DNA of 64,000 nucleotides from a bacterium. GTDB taxonomy: Bacteria; UBA8248. The notes below the pieces were generated by a model. The model did not search any database, had not been told where the DNA came from, and was given only the letters and a program-made list of their open reading frames with translations. Shown here one piece after another: positions 1-9,559 of this stretch (positions are counted from its first letter, which is position 1; each line of letters starts with the position of its first letter). Location of the stretch: positions 3,392,001 to 3,456,000 of the forward strand of contig OZ241875.1 of assembly GCA_965203325.1 (NCBI GenBank). The letters are read 5' to 3'. Both the position numbers and the translations under genes were made by a program.

Positions 1-1510
1 GCCATACCTCGATGTCGAGTTCATACACCTCGCCCGGCGTCAGGGGCTGCTCTTCATCGTGCGTGTGGTAGGGCCTGTAGGGCAGGGTTTTTTCGGGGTC
101 GAGTTTTCGGTGCGAGGCTCTCAACCAGCCCTGCGCGATGGGGGTGTGCGGGTCGAGCGCGCCCTGGAATACGACTTCTTCCATGTCCGGCGTGAAGACG
201 CGCACGACGAGGAACATATCCGCATCCTTCGTTTCCGACGACACGAAGAGCTTGGCCGCGATGGGGCCGGTGACTTCGGTTTCTTCCGGTATGGGCGGCG
301 TGACGAAGGTGACGCCCTCGCTGAAACCCGCGTAGGTGGCGGTCGCCGCCTCGGCGACGGGCGCGTCTTCGAGCGTATGGGTTTTCGCGTTCAGGTAGTA
401 TTTCGTCCACTGCGTGCGCGCCAGCGGCCATTCGTTCTCGTGCCGCTCGACGAAGCGTTCGCCGGGATGGCGCACCTGAAGCAGCACCCGGGGCTGATCC
501 GGCCAGCCGGTGTCCTCGCCTTTTAAGTAATGGCCGAAAAATTTCTTCTGCATGTTGACGCCGTAGTCGGTGTAAAACTCCGTCCAGTGTTCGATGCCGT
601 GGACTTCGAGCCATTTCTCCTCGCATCCTGCTTCCAGGAAACCCTCGAAGTTCCCGCGCGGGTGGAGACCCTGCCCGCCCCAGTTGGCGGTAGAAAGAAG
701 CGGCGCCTGGATTTTGCTGAAGTCCGGCATCCGCGACTGCCAGTATTCGTCGGTGTCGAGCTTGTGGGAAAAACAATCCTCGCCGAAGTCCCGGCGGTTG
801 GCGCCGAGTTCTTCCTCGGTCAAGGTGATGGGGCCGGATACCCAGTCGCCCGTGAAGCGGCTCTTGAAGCCGCGCGTGCCGAGGCCGTGCTGGACGGTGT
901 AGACCTGCATCTCGGACCAGTTGCGCGCGAAACCGTTGCAGAAGATGCCGCCGTGGTGGGCCATTTCCCGGTAGAAATCGGCCGCGCCTTCCCAGACGCA
1001 CATGGCGGCGAGGTGAGGCGGCTGCATTCCGCCCACCTGCCACTGGTTCATGCCGTAGTAGGAGATGCCGTTCAGCCCGATCTTGCCGGAACTCCAGGAC
1101 TGCACGGCCGCCCACTCGATGCACTCGTACAAGTCCTGCGCCTCGCGCGCCGACCAGATGTCGATGACGCCCGGCGAGCGGCCCGCTCCGCGCGAGTCCA
1201 CGCGAATGCAGACGTAGCCGTCCGGTACCCATTTTTCGGGGTCCACGACCTCCCAGTTCTGGTACTTGTTGGTGGAGCCTGCTGGCACGTCGGGGTGTTG
1301 CTCGACCATGCGCGTCCAGCAGGTCTCGTACAGGTCCTCGAAGTGCAGGTATTTTCCATACGGCCCATACGTCAGGATGACGGGGTATTTCCCCGCATCG
1401 TCCTGGGGGCGGTAGACGTCGCAGCGCAGAACGACCCCGTCTTCCATGGGGATGGGCATGTCCCAGTCGATGCGCATTCCGTCTCTGTCTTCGGTCTTGT
1501 AATCGCTCAT
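1..1510 (-). CDS. CocE/NonD family hydrolase (peptidase S15-like), 3' end outside the window
   Basis: Absent from the ORF track because it has no stop in the window. Manual translation from ATG 1510 gives MSDYKTEDRDGMRIDWDMPIPMEDGVVLRCDVYRP...YGPYGK...VDSRGAGRSPG...GKIGLNGISYYG, with the GxSY nucleophile elbow typical of CocE/NonD. Confidence 0.9.
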   Translation of the reverse strand, partial: MSDYKTEDRDGMRIDWDMPIPMEDGVVLRCDVYRPQDDAGKYPVILTYGPYGKYLHFEDLYETCWTRMVEQHPDVPAGSTNKYQNWEVVDPEKWVPDGYVCIRVDSRGAGRSPGVIDIWSAREAQDLYECIEWAAVQSWSSGKIGLNGISYYGMNQWQVGGMQPPHLAAMCVWEGAADFYREMAHHGGIFCNGFARNWSEMQVYTVQHGLGTRGFKSRFTGDWVSGPITLTEEELGANRRDFGEDCFSHKLDTDEYWQSRMPDFSKIQAPLLSTANWGGQGLHPRGNFEGFLEAGCEEKWLEVHGIEHWTEFYTDYGVNMQKKFFGHYLKGEDTGWPDQPRVLLQVRHPGERFVERHENEWPLARTQWTKYYLNAKTHTLEDAPVAEAATATYAGFSEGVTFVTPPIPEETEVTGPIAAKLFVSSETKDADMFLVVRVFTPDMEEVVFQGALDPHTPIAQGWLRASHRKLDPEKTLPYRPYHTHDEEQPLTPGEVYELDIEVW

Positions 1511-1662
1511 TCGGCCTTTCTCCTCGGTTCATCGAAGATGTTTGAGTGCCGGCGGCGCAGGGAGCCGCCATGGAAATTTTGGTTGTCGTATCGGTGAACG
1601 CGGCGATTATAGCGGCCTTGCGCCTCGTGATCCAGATGCGGGAGCACCACCGCTTCGTTCCG

Positions 1663-2985
1663 TTATCCGGCGAAGTGATCCATCGCGGCGAAACCGATAC
1701 CCATCAGCGCCGCGACGCCCAGGGTCCTCATGAGAGACTGGTGCCGCCACAGGAGCATGACCGCGCTCACGATGCCGATGAGCAGAACCCGCCAGTCCAG
1801 GGTGTGCCACACCGGCGCAAGGAGTTTGACCGGGCCGATTTGCCTAGAGGGCAGTTCGGTGAACAGGACGTGCAGGCCGAACCAGATGGAGAGGTTCAAG
1901 ATGACGCCCACCACCGCCGCCGTGATCGCCTCGAGGGCGCCCTTCAGCCTCGGCTGGGCCGTGAGCTGTTCGATATAGGGCGCGCCGGCGAATATCCACA
2001 GGAAACAGGGCGCGAACGTGACCCAGAGCGTGACCAGCGCGCCGGCGATTCCCATGCTCACCCCGCCCGCACGGTATCCGGCGACGTAGCCTACGAACTC
2101 GGTGACCAGGATGAGCGGTCCCGGAGTGGTTTCCGCCAGTCCCAGGCCGTCCATCATCTCACCGGCGCTCAACCAGCCTTTATGGGTCACCACGTCCTGC
2201 GCCAGGTAGGCGAGCACCGCATAGGCGCCGCCGAACGTGACCACCGCGAGGCGGGAGAAGAAATTGCCGATCTGCACCAGAATATCGTAGCCGCCCAGGG
2301 CCATCATCATCAGCACCGGCGTCCACCAGACAGCCATCCATACCGCCACCGTCCTCACCGTGCCGGAGACCGACCCGCCTCCCCGCCCTGTCCCGGTCTT
2401 TTCGGTGCTCTGGCCGCCCAACAGGAAAAATCCGGCCAGGGCGGTTACCAGGATAATGAGGGGGAACGGAGCCGAGAGAAAGAAGATGGCCACGAAGGCC
2501 AGGCCGGCAATGACCCAGTGCACGGCGGAATGCAGCGCTCTTTTCGCCACCCGCAGCAACGCTTCCATCACGATGATGAGAACCGCGCCCTTGATCCCCA
2601 GAAACAGCGCGGCCATGACCGGCAGGTGGCCCACGGCCATGTAGAGCATCGCCAGCCCGAGCACCACCAAAGCGCCCGGGACCACGAACAAGAGCCCCGC
2701 CAGCAGCCCGCCGCGCACGCCGCGAAGCTGCCACCCCGCGTAGGTGGCGAGCTGCATGGCCTCGGGGCCGGGCAGCAGCATGCAGAAGCTGAGCGCGCCC
2801 AGGAACCTCGGCTCGTCGAGCCATCCTTCCTCCTCCACCAGGATTCGGTGCATGACCGCTATCTGCGCCGCCGGGCCGCCGAATGAGAGTATCCCGATGC
2901 GCCAGAATACGGAGAGCATCCGCCGCCACGAGATGTCGGATTCCCGATGTGCGTCACCGCCGCCGGAGTCTGCGACTCCCATCAT
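1663..2985 (-). CDS. chrA: Chromate efflux transporter (long-chain CHR family)
   Basis: Two homologous halves with SFGGPAAQIAVMH, LLPGPEAMQLATY, VTFGGAYAVL and AETTPGPLI motifs; many TM segments. Confidence 0.92.
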   Translation of the reverse strand: MMGVADSGGGDAHRESDISWRRMLSVFWRIGILSFGGPAAQIAVMHRILVEEEGWLDEPRFLGALSFCMLLPGPEAMQLATYAGWQLRGVRGGLLAGLLFVVPGALVVLGLAMLYMAVGHLPVMAALFLGIKGAVLIIVMEALLRVAKRALHSAVHWVIAGLAFVAIFFLSAPFPLIILVTALAGFFLLGGQSTEKTGTGRGGGSVSGTVRTVAVWMAVWWTPVLMMMALGGYDILVQIGNFFSRLAVVTFGGAYAVLAYLAQDVVTHKGWLSAGEMMDGLGLAETTPGPLILVTEFVGYVAGYRAGGVSMGIAGALVTLWVTFAPCFLWIFAGAPYIEQLTAQPRLKGALEAITAAVVGVILNLSIWFGLHVLFTELPSRQIGPVKLLAPVWHTLDWRVLLIGIVSAVMLLWRHQSLMRTLGVAALMGIGFAAMDHFAG

Positions 2986-3061
2986 GGTCCTCCGTTACCC
3001 GTCGGAATCGAGGCCGGGATGATGGTGTTGTTCGTTTCTGAACACAACGGAAGTGGCTGTA

Positions 3062-4093
3062 TCAATCCGTGCGGTAGGCTTGCGTGATGGCCTGGCTCGA
3101 GGTGTTCCAGCCGGGTATGACGAGGCAGGACGGGCCGGGGATGCCGCCCGCGACGATGAGCAGGATGTCTTCGGGTTCGTGCACCATCGGGGCGAGAGAA
3201 GCGTCGTCGTCGTGGTCCACCCAGTCCGGCCAGCGCGAGAGTTCGCGCCCCCGGTAGCGCCCGCCTTTTTTGAGGACGCCCACGGGCATTCTCGCCCGCT
3301 CGAAGAGTTCTCGTTTCACGTCCGCGCGGCTCAGGCCCCCCCTCGCCAGGATGTCGGCGTGATCGGGGGCGACGACGATCACCCAGTTCGTCTGCGTGTA
3401 GGCCGTCGTGGCGCCCATGGCGCACATGGTGTGCGAGAGCGTGGTGAGGACGCCCTCGGGCGCGGCGCTCACGTCGTCCATCGCCATGCGCGGCGCCTCG
3501 GCGTTGCAGACAGTGAGGACGTTCTCATCCTTCCCGAAACCGAAATCGCCCGGCATCGGCGCCCAGGGGCTTTGCTCCTCGTTCTCGCGGACGCAGTAGG
3601 TGAATTTGGAGGGGCTGCCGAAGGTGCTCATGTCCGAGACGCCCGGAATGCCGCCGCCCAGGTTCATCATGATGAGTCTTATCGCCCGGCCGATGGCGGC
3701 GTTCGCCCGGAATCCGGGGCCGAAGCACCCCGAACCGCCGTGGACGCCGATCTCCCTGGCGTAGGGGCCGTTCAGTATCAGCAGGGGCCCGCCGGTGAAC
3801 ATGGTGGCCTGAATGCCCACGAGGTTGAAGCGTTCGACCAGCATGGCCTCGATAGCTCCCAGCACCACGGGCAGGTATTCGGGTTTGCACCCCGCCATCA
3901 GGGCGTGAAGGGCGACGCTCTCCACCGTCGCCGTGTTGAGCGAGGGGGGTATGTCGCCCAGAACTTCGCCTGCGTCTCTGCCCGTGCCGCCCAGCATCCG
4001 GGCGAGGCGCTCGGGCGTCGGCGTCACCACGGGCAGCCCGTCCGACCAGGGCATCTCGAAGAAATACTCGAAAGGGTCTTGCGTTTCGTTCAT
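3062..4093 (-). CDS. Conserved hypothetical protein (WSDGLPVVxPT family)
   Basis: 343 aa ORF with GC-rich codon usage; motifs WSDGLPVVTPTPERL, AxMAGCKPEYLPVV, RANAAIGRAIRL, ENEEQSPW. Confidence 0.8.
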   Translation of the reverse strand: MNETQDPFEYFFEMPWSDGLPVVTPTPERLARMLGGTGRDAGEVLGDIPPSLNTATVESVALHALMAGCKPEYLPVVLGAIEAMLVERFNLVGIQATMFTGGPLLILNGPYAREIGVHGGSGCFGPGFRANAAIGRAIRLIMMNLGGGIPGVSDMSTFGSPSKFTYCVRENEEQSPWAPMPGDFGFGKDENVLTVCNAEAPRMAMDDVSAAPEGVLTTLSHTMCAMGATTAYTQTNWVIVVAPDHADILARGGLSRADVKRELFERARMPVGVLKKGGRYRGRELSRWPDWVDHDDDASLAPMVHEPEDILLIVAGGIPGPSCLVIPGWNTSSQAITQAYRTD

Positions 4094-4102
4094 TGCGTGT
4101 CC

Positions 4103-4996
4103 TTACAGGGAGAGATCGTAGAACTTCCTCGCATTCTCGAACGACACCTTGCGGATCGCCTCATCCGGCAGGCCTGCGTTTCGCATGGCGCGCAGCGTCT
4201 TGGGGACCGAGAGGATGTCGATGGGCCGGTAGCCGAGGTGGTCGGAGTTGAGCATGATCCGGTCGGGCCCGAACGTCTCCACCCACTCGATGACCTGCGC
4301 GGGTTCGAGGGGCCTGAGCGCGCTGCCGATGCTGATGGCGCACATGGCGCGCGTATCGCGGTGGATATGTTCGACCGTCGTGGCGTCGGTGTGATCGACG
4401 GCGACCCGGGCTTCGTCGAAACCGGTCTTGCGGATGATTTCCAGGTCCTTCTGCATGTAGTGGAGCCGGAGTTGCTCGGGCGGCACGTCGGCCTGCACGG
4501 CGACGTTGCCGAGAAAATCCTTGCTCTTCTTGGGTGTGGGCGTATGCAGGATGATGGGCTTGTCGTACTTTTTCGCAAGCTCCGCCTGGGCTTCGAGACA
4601 CGCGGTCTGCTCTTCCATCGGCCAGGTGAGGGAGAAATACTGCGTGGGGTCGAGGCCGATCTCGCCCAGGGCGACGACGTTTTCGTCTTCGAGAAAACCG
4701 GGAATCTCCTCCAGCAGGTTTTCCCAGTCGTTCACCCGCGTCATCGAGCTGATGCCGACCGCGCAGCGGATTTTGATGAAGTGCTGCGCCTCGAGCGCAT
4801 GGGCCATCGCGACCGGCCCCTCCCAGAAGCGCATGATGTCGTCGTAGCCCGGCGCCTCGTCCCACACCTCGCGGTAGAGGTGGGGGTTGCCGCAGGAGAG
4901 CACCGCCGCGCGCATGCCCGTCGCGCCGAGCAGTTCCCACTCGTCCCAGTTCAGGGCGTGCATATGGTTGTGGCTGTCGATGTATTCACCGAACAT
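4103..4996 (-). CDS. TatD-related metal-dependent hydrolase (COG1099-like)
   Basis: Motifs IDSHNH, GEIGLD, IILHTP, VDHT, MLNSD; ATG 4996 has a GGAGAGG RBS. Confidence 0.85.
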   Translation of the reverse strand: MFGEYIDSHNHMHALNWDEWELLGATGMRAAVLSCGNPHLYREVWDEAPGYDDIMRFWEGPVAMAHALEAQHFIKIRCAVGISSMTRVNDWENLLEEIPGFLEDENVVALGEIGLDPTQYFSLTWPMEEQTACLEAQAELAKKYDKPIILHTPTPKKSKDFLGNVAVQADVPPEQLRLHYMQKDLEIIRKTGFDEARVAVDHTDATTVEHIHRDTRAMCAISIGSALRPLEPAQVIEWVETFGPDRIMLNSDHLGYRPIDILSVPKTLRAMRNAGLPDEAIRKVSFENARKFYDLSL

Positions 4997-5078
4997 CGGA
5001 ACCTCTCCGCTGGTTGGATGCTTGAAAGTCAACCTATCCGCATGGACACCGGGGGTCAAGGGGGAGAGTTGAAAACAG
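4908..5078. repeat. Direct repeat copy A (~170 bp: promoter plus 5' end of the TatD-like gene)
   Basis: Near-identical to 5751-5921 with scattered substitutions. Confidence 0.95.
5031..5059 (-). promoter_or_regulatory. Sigma70-type promoter of the TatD-like gene
   Basis: TTGACC-N17-TAGGTT on the minus strand; also preserved in copy B (5874-5902). Confidence 0.6.
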
Positions 5079-5161
5079 GGATAGGGAAGGGGTGTGGGGT
5101 GAGGTCCAAGAAATGCTGGAATGTTGCCTGACTACCTGCCTTGTAATGTCTTGGTTTTGGA

Positions 5162-5356
5162 TTAGAACTTCTTGTTTATACCTGCAACTTTAAGAATTGC
5201 GTTTGCGGTATGTCTGGATTTAATTTTTGAGTCCACGGATATATTTTTTCTCGTGATGGGGCTATACCAAATTTCATGATCCCCTTTGCCTTGACGCTTG
5301 AATGAACATCCTTCATCGACGAGGAGTTTCTTTACTTCCTTGGAAAAGTTGTTCAT
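5162..5356 (-). CDS. hicA: HicA family toxin (mRNA interferase)
   Basis: 64 aa basic protein with RQGKGDHEIWYSP and SRHTANAILK motifs; ATGA-type overlap with the upstream gene; low GC. Confidence 0.88.
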   Translation of the reverse strand: MNNFSKEVKKLLVDEGCSFKRQGKGDHEIWYSPITRKNISVDSKIKSRHTANAILKVAGINKKF

Positions 5357-5589
5357 GTAACAGAATATTCAGTAGAACTCTCAAATGGAATCTTGAAGAC
5401 GACCTCAATCTCTTTCGGGTTTTTATCTTTTACCAGGTCTGCATTCAATTCAAGAAGGTCGGGGACGATTTCCAGGAGCTTTTCACAAAGTTCGTTCGGC
5501 GTGCCGGCCTCCGTAACGAGACCCGGTATATCTTCGCTGGTCGCTACCCATACCTCTGCGTCGATATCCCTTTGGACGAAGATATTCAT
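5353..5589 (-). CDS. DUF1902 / short HicB-like antitoxin
   Basis: 78 aa acidic protein with DxxAEVWVATSEDIPGLVTEA..LCEKLLEIVPDLLELN signature; translationally coupled to hicA. Confidence 0.82.
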   Translation of the reverse strand: MNIFVQRDIDAEVWVATSEDIPGLVTEAGTPNELCEKLLEIVPDLLELNADLVKDKNPKEIEVVFKIPFESSTEYSVT

Positions 5590-5750
5590 TTGTCATCTCC
5601 TTCATCTGGAAGTGATGCCGCAACATACCTCCAATCGGCGCGCCCTACCCAAGTATCTTAAATTGATTTTCGCCACGGAAATCAGGAAAAGTCAAACCAG
5701 AGCATTTTCCGGGGAACACCGCCGGAAAAGATTTGTTCGTATCCCGGCCA

Positions 5751-5921
5751 GCGCGCATGCCCGTCGCGCCGAGCAGTTCCCACTCGTCCCAGCTCAGGGC
5801 GTGCATATGGTTGTGGCTGTCGATGTATTCGCCGAACACCGGAACCTCTCCACTGGTTGGATGCCTGGAAGTCAACCTATCCGCATGGACACCGGGGGTC
5901 AAGGGGGGAGAGTGGGAACAG
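5751..5921. repeat. Direct repeat copy B (promoter plus truncated 5' fragment of the TatD-like gene)
   Basis: Copy of 4908-5078; start codon ATG changed to GTG; similarity stops after about 30 codons (...LLGATGMRA). Confidence 0.95.
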
Positions 5922-5926
5922 CCCCT

Positions 5927-5958
5927 TAAAACAAACGCCGGAGACATCCGTCCCCGGC
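5927..5958 (-). terminator. Intrinsic terminator after tRNA-Arg
   Basis: Minus strand GCCGGGGAC-GGAT-GTCTCCGGC followed by GTTTGTTTT. Confidence 0.7.
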
Positions 5959-5977
5959 ATTTGCATGATTCCGTTTC

Positions 5978-6053
5978 TGGTGCGCGTGGCAGGAGTCGAA
6001 CCTGCGACTTCCTGCTCCGGAGGCAGGCGCTCTATCCTCTGAGCTACACGCGC
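5978..6053 (-). tRNA. tRNA-Arg(CCG)
   Basis: Reverse complement GCGCGTGTAGCTCAGAGGATAGAGCGCCTGCCTCCGGAGCAGGAAGTCGCAGGTTCGACTCCTGCCACGCGCACCA folds as a cloverleaf with anticodon CCG, TTCGA T-loop and encoded CCA. Confidence 0.97.
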
Positions 6054-6083
6054 ATTTTCATCAACCGCCTTGGAGCCTCACCC

Positions 6084-6323
6084 CTATAGCATGGAGTGCG
6101 TGCCGTCGCACATGGGCGCGTTGCCCGTCTGCTTGCAGCCGCAAAAGGCGCACGTCTTGCCCGCCTGCACGTCGAGGACGATGGGACGGAATTCCGAACC
6201 CTTGTGGGAGCCGTCGCAAAATGGCTGCGATTGGCTCAAGCCGCATGCGCACCAGGCGACTTTCTCGTCCTTTTCCGGTTTGTAGATATAGGGCGCTTTC
6301 TGGGCCACTTTGGGGTCGGCCAT
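6084..6323 (-). CDS. CDGSH iron-sulfur domain protein (two CDGSH motifs)
   Basis: WCACGLSQSQPFCDGSH and FCGCKQTGNAPMCDGTH. Confidence 0.93.
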   Translation of the reverse strand: MADPKVAQKAPYIYKPEKDEKVAWCACGLSQSQPFCDGSHKGSEFRPIVLDVQAGKTCAFCGCKQTGNAPMCDGTHSML

Positions 6324-6414
6324 CGGTTCGTTCTCCTTTGTCTTGTCGCTGTTAGGCGATATGAGTTCGATTCGCTATTCTAGTCCGAATCATCGCCCTT
6401 GAAAAGGAAGCCCG

Positions 6415-7056
6415 ATGCCCGCATCCTCGCCCGCGCGCCTTCTACGCATACTGGAGCAGACCTACCCCGACGCGCGTTGCGCGCTCGACTACCGGAACCC
6501 GCTCGAACTGCTGGTGGCGACGATGCTCTCCGCCCAGTGCACCGACGAGCGGGTGAACATGGTCACTCCCGCCCTTTTCGCCCGCTTCCCCGACGCCGCC
6601 TCGTTTGCGGAGGCCGAGTCTGCCGAACTCGAAGAGTTGATTCATTCGTGCGGCTTCTACCGCCAGAAGGCGAAGTCCATCCGCGCGTGCTGCCGCCTTC
6701 TTGTGGATGAATTCGGCGGCGAGGTGCCGGGCGAAATGGAGCATCTGGTGACGCTGCCCGGCGTGGGGCGCAAGACGGCCAACGTCGTCCTGAACGAGGC
6801 GTACGGCGAGCCGGCCATCGCCGTCGATACGCACGTTCTGCGCACGGCCAACCGGCTGGGCTGGATATCGACGCGCGACCCGGTGAAGGCCGAGTTTCAG
6901 CTTTTGGACGCCGTGCCGAAGAAATGGTGGGGCCGCGTCACCTTGCTCCTGATCCATCACGGGCGGAACTGCTGCTCGGCGAGAAAGCCCCTGTGCGCGG
7001 ATTGTCCGATTCTCAAAGGTTGTCCGCATGGTCAGGAGGCGCTTTCCGGCGGATGA
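6415..7056 (+). CDS. nth: Endonuclease III
   Basis: LSAQCTD, HhH motif LPGVGRKTANVVL, AVDTHV, and C-x6-C-x2-C-x5-C Fe-S cluster motif. Confidence 0.95.
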   Translation: MPASSPARLLRILEQTYPDARCALDYRNPLELLVATMLSAQCTDERVNMVTPALFARFPDAASFAEAESAELEELIHSCGFYRQKAKSIRACCRLLVDEFGGEVPGEMEHLVTLPGVGRKTANVVLNEAYGEPAIAVDTHVLRTANRLGWISTRDPVKAEFQLLDAVPKKWWGRVTLLLIHHGRNCCSARKPLCADCPILKGCPHGQEALSGG

Positions 7057-7080
7057 TTTGCGGGAATCTGCGCATTCGAC

Positions 7081-7110
7081 TGGACAACCCGAATCCGGAG
7101 TCCTTATAAT
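7081..7110 (+). promoter_or_regulatory. Sigma70-type promoter
   Basis: TGGACA-N18-TATAAT upstream of a GGAGG RBS and ATG 7164. Confidence 0.6.
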
Positions 7111-7163
7111 CGCCTATCTTTTTACCTGCTTTTGAGGCTTAGCCCGCAATCCGGAGGTTATCC

Positions 7164-8162
7164 ATGGCCAATGGCGCAGCCGTCGGCACCGACACGATCC
7201 TGGAACTGAGAGACCTGCACACATACTTCCATACGCCCGAGGGCACGGTGCGCGCCGTGGACGGCGTGACCTACAGCCTGAAAGCGGGCGAGACGCTCGG
7301 CGTCGTGGGGGAATCCGGGTGCGGCAAGACGGTGACGGCGCTTTCGGTGCTTCGCCTCGTCCCCGAACCGCCGGGTGAGATATTCGGAGATGGCATCTTC
7401 TTCGAGGGCCGGGATTTGACGAAGCTCGACACGAAGGAGTTGCGCGAGATTCGCGGCAACCACATCTCGATGATCTTCCAGGAGCCGATGACGAGCCTGA
7501 ACCCCGTGTTCACCGTCGGTTTTCAGATCGCCGAAGCCGTCATGCTTCACCAGGGCATGTCGAAAAAAGACGCGATGGACAAGGCCGCCGAGATGCTCGA
7601 CTTGGTCGGCATTCCCCTGCCGCGCCAGCGGGTGCGCGAATACCCCCACCAGCTATCGGGCGGCATGCGGCAGCGCGCGATGATCGCCATGGCGCTCTCG
7701 TGCAACCCGAAGATACTTCTGGCCGATGAGCCGACCACGGCGCTCGACGTGACCATTCAGGCGCAGATCCTCGATCTCATGGTGAAGCTCCAGGAAGAGC
7801 TCGGCACGGCGGTCATCCTCATCACGCACGACCTGGGCCTCGTGGCCGAAACGTGCAAGCGCGTCGTCGTCATGTACGCCGGCAAGGTGGTCGAAGAGGC
7901 GCCGACGGAGGAGATATTCGGCAACCCGCTCCACCCCTATACCCGGGGGCTGCTCAACTCGATTCCCAAGCTCAACACCACCAATCCCGGCGAGAAGATT
8001 CGGCTGGAGGAGATCAAGGGCATCGTGCCGAGCCTGAACCGCCTGCCGACGGGTTGCAGCTTCAACCCGAGGTGCCCGGAAGTGAAGGCGATGTGCCTGG
8101 AACACGAACCCGAACTCAAAGAGGTATCCCCCGGACACTTCGTCCGCTGTCTGCTGTATTAG
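7164..8162 (+). CDS. Oligopeptide/dipeptide ABC transporter ATP-binding protein (DppD/OppD-like), standalone
   Basis: Walker A GESGCGKT, signature LSGGMRQR, Walker [13 protein letters not shown]-terminal HPYT and Cys motif. Confidence 0.93.
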   Translation: MANGAAVGTDTILELRDLHTYFHTPEGTVRAVDGVTYSLKAGETLGVVGESGCGKTVTALSVLRLVPEPPGEIFGDGIFFEGRDLTKLDTKELREIRGNHISMIFQEPMTSLNPVFTVGFQIAEAVMLHQGMSKKDAMDKAAEMLDLVGIPLPRQRVREYPHQLSGGMRQRAMIAMALSCNPKILLADEPTTALDVTIQAQILDLMVKLQEELGTAVILITHDLGLVAETCKRVVVMYAGKVVEEAPTEEIFGNPLHPYTRGLLNSIPKLNTTNPGEKIRLEEIKGIVPSLNRLPTGCSFNPRCPEVKAMCLEHEPELKEVSPGHFVRCLLY

Positions 8163-8393
8163 CCGCGTCTCCCGCCCCGAGGCCGCCCGGAATCATTTTC
8201 TCTCCTCCTCTTGGAGAAAATGTGGATTTTGGGATATAGTCGCCTTTCTGTGGACGAAAACGTTCGCACCGGTTGACCTGATTTTGAATCCGTATGCGCG
8301 TGGCCGACGGCGAGAATCCTGACCACCGGGTTCAGCTTCGGATTTGCCCGTTGAGGCCGCAGCCACTGCGAAGGCAGGAAAGGAAACGCATAA

Positions 8394-9539
8394 ATGTCGC
8401 CGATTCGCATCGCCATCGCCGGCGTGGGGAACTGCGCGAGTTCCCTGCTCCAGGGCATCGAGTATTACCGCCATCATCCCGAGGAAGAGTTGGGTCTCAT
8501 GCACCGGGATCTGGGCGGCTACGGGCCGGAGGACATCGAGGTCGTCGCGGCTCTCGACATCGACGTCCGCAAGGTGGGCCAGCCGCTGCATGCCGCGGCC
8601 TTCGCCAGGCCCAACTGCACGAAGACCATCTGGGAGAACCTGCCCGATTACGGCGTGAACGTGCGGATGGGGCCCATACTCGACGGCGTGGCGTCCCACA
8701 TGGCGGAATACGCTTCGGATCGCTCCTTTCTGCCCGCCGAGGCGGAACCCTGTGACGTGGCGGCGGAGCTTCGCGAGAGCGGGGCGGAAATTCTGTTGAA
8801 CTTCATGCCCGTGGGCTCCGAGCAGGCGGCGCGCCACTACGCCGAAGCGGCGCTCGCGGCGGGCGTTTCCCTCATCAACTGCATGCCGGTCTTCATCGTC
8901 TCGGACCCGGAATGGGCGGGCCGCTTCACCGATGCGGGGATTCCCGTGGTGGGAGACGACGTGAAGGCCCAGCTCGGCGCCACCATCCTGCACCGCACGC
9001 TCGCAAAGCTTTGCGCTGACAGGGGCGTGAAGCTCAAGCGCACCTACCAGCTGAACACGGGCGGAAACACGGATTTTCTGAACATGCTGGAGCGTTCGCG
9101 CCTGAAGTCCAAGAAGATATCGAAAACGGACGCCGTACAGAGCCAGTTGCCTGAACCCCTGGACTCGGACGACATCCACATCGGCCCGTCCGACTACGTG
9201 CCCTGGCAGGACGACAACAAGGTATGCTTTTTGAGAATCGAGGCGGAGGGCTTCGGCGGCGTGCCGCTCGAAATCGAGGCGCGCCTCTCGGTGGAGGATT
9301 CTCCCAACTCGGGCGGCGTCGTCATCGACGCGATTCGCCTCGCGCGCATCGCGCGCGACAGGGGCGAGGCGGGGCCGCTCTACCCCGTGAGCGCCTACCT
9401 AATGAAGCACCCCCCCGTTCAGGTGCCCGACGCCGTCTCGCGCATGATGATTGATGAGTTCATTGCGGGCGATCTGCGCGCGAGCGATCAGGTCGAGTTC
9501 AACGGAAACGGCCTGCCCGCCCGCTACGACCATAAATAG
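8394..9539 (+). CDS. ino1: Inositol-3-phosphate synthase
   Basis: AIAGVGNCASSL, VGDDVKAQLGAT, TYQLNTGGNTDFLNM, SKKISKT, IGPSDYVPW, DSPNSGG. Confidence 0.95.
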   Translation: MSPIRIAIAGVGNCASSLLQGIEYYRHHPEEELGLMHRDLGGYGPEDIEVVAALDIDVRKVGQPLHAAAFARPNCTKTIWENLPDYGVNVRMGPILDGVASHMAEYASDRSFLPAEAEPCDVAAELRESGAEILLNFMPVGSEQAARHYAEAALAAGVSLINCMPVFIVSDPEWAGRFTDAGIPVVGDDVKAQLGATILHRTLAKLCADRGVKLKRTYQLNTGGNTDFLNMLERSRLKSKKISKTDAVQSQLPEPLDSDDIHIGPSDYVPWQDDNKVCFLRIEAEGFGGVPLEIEARLSVEDSPNSGGVVIDAIRLARIARDRGEAGPLYPVSAYLMKHPPVQVPDAVSRMMIDEFIAGDLRASDQVEFNGNGLPARYDHK

Positions 9540-9559
9540 CTCCTACGCTTCGGAACATG

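Noticed and set aside
54..1597. 505 aa minus-strand and 355 aa plus-strand track ORFs
   Set aside because: Shadow frames of the CocE/NonD gene, which the track misses because it has no stop in the window.
3000..3064. Selenocysteine read-through of the TGA ending the 343 aa gene
   Set aside because: The downstream frame has no redox motif or protein-like character, and there is no evident SECIS hairpin.
3053..5131. Long antisense ORFs (692 aa here; also 36876-39047, 61919-63487, 11515-12744)
   Set aside because: Typical stop-poor reverse frames of GC-rich genes; no motifs, and they fully overlap well-supported CDS.
5645..5947. 100 aa ORF resembling the TatD-like N-terminus
   Set aside because: A product of the 170-bp duplication; similarity ends after about 30 codons, so it is annotated as a repeat.
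5162..5977. Classical tRNA-integrated genomic island or prophage
   Set aside because: No integrase, no second copy of the tRNA 3' end that I could find, and no phage genes.
8240..8393. Possible riboswitch upstream of ino1
   Set aside because: A GC-rich leader can fold, but I see no known aptamer consensus or expression platform; it needs an Rfam scan.
4103..9539. ebo-like cluster (TatD/EboB plus inositol-phosphate synthase)
   Set aside because: The genes are on opposite strands, separated by unrelated genes, and no EboA/C/E/F homologues are visible.
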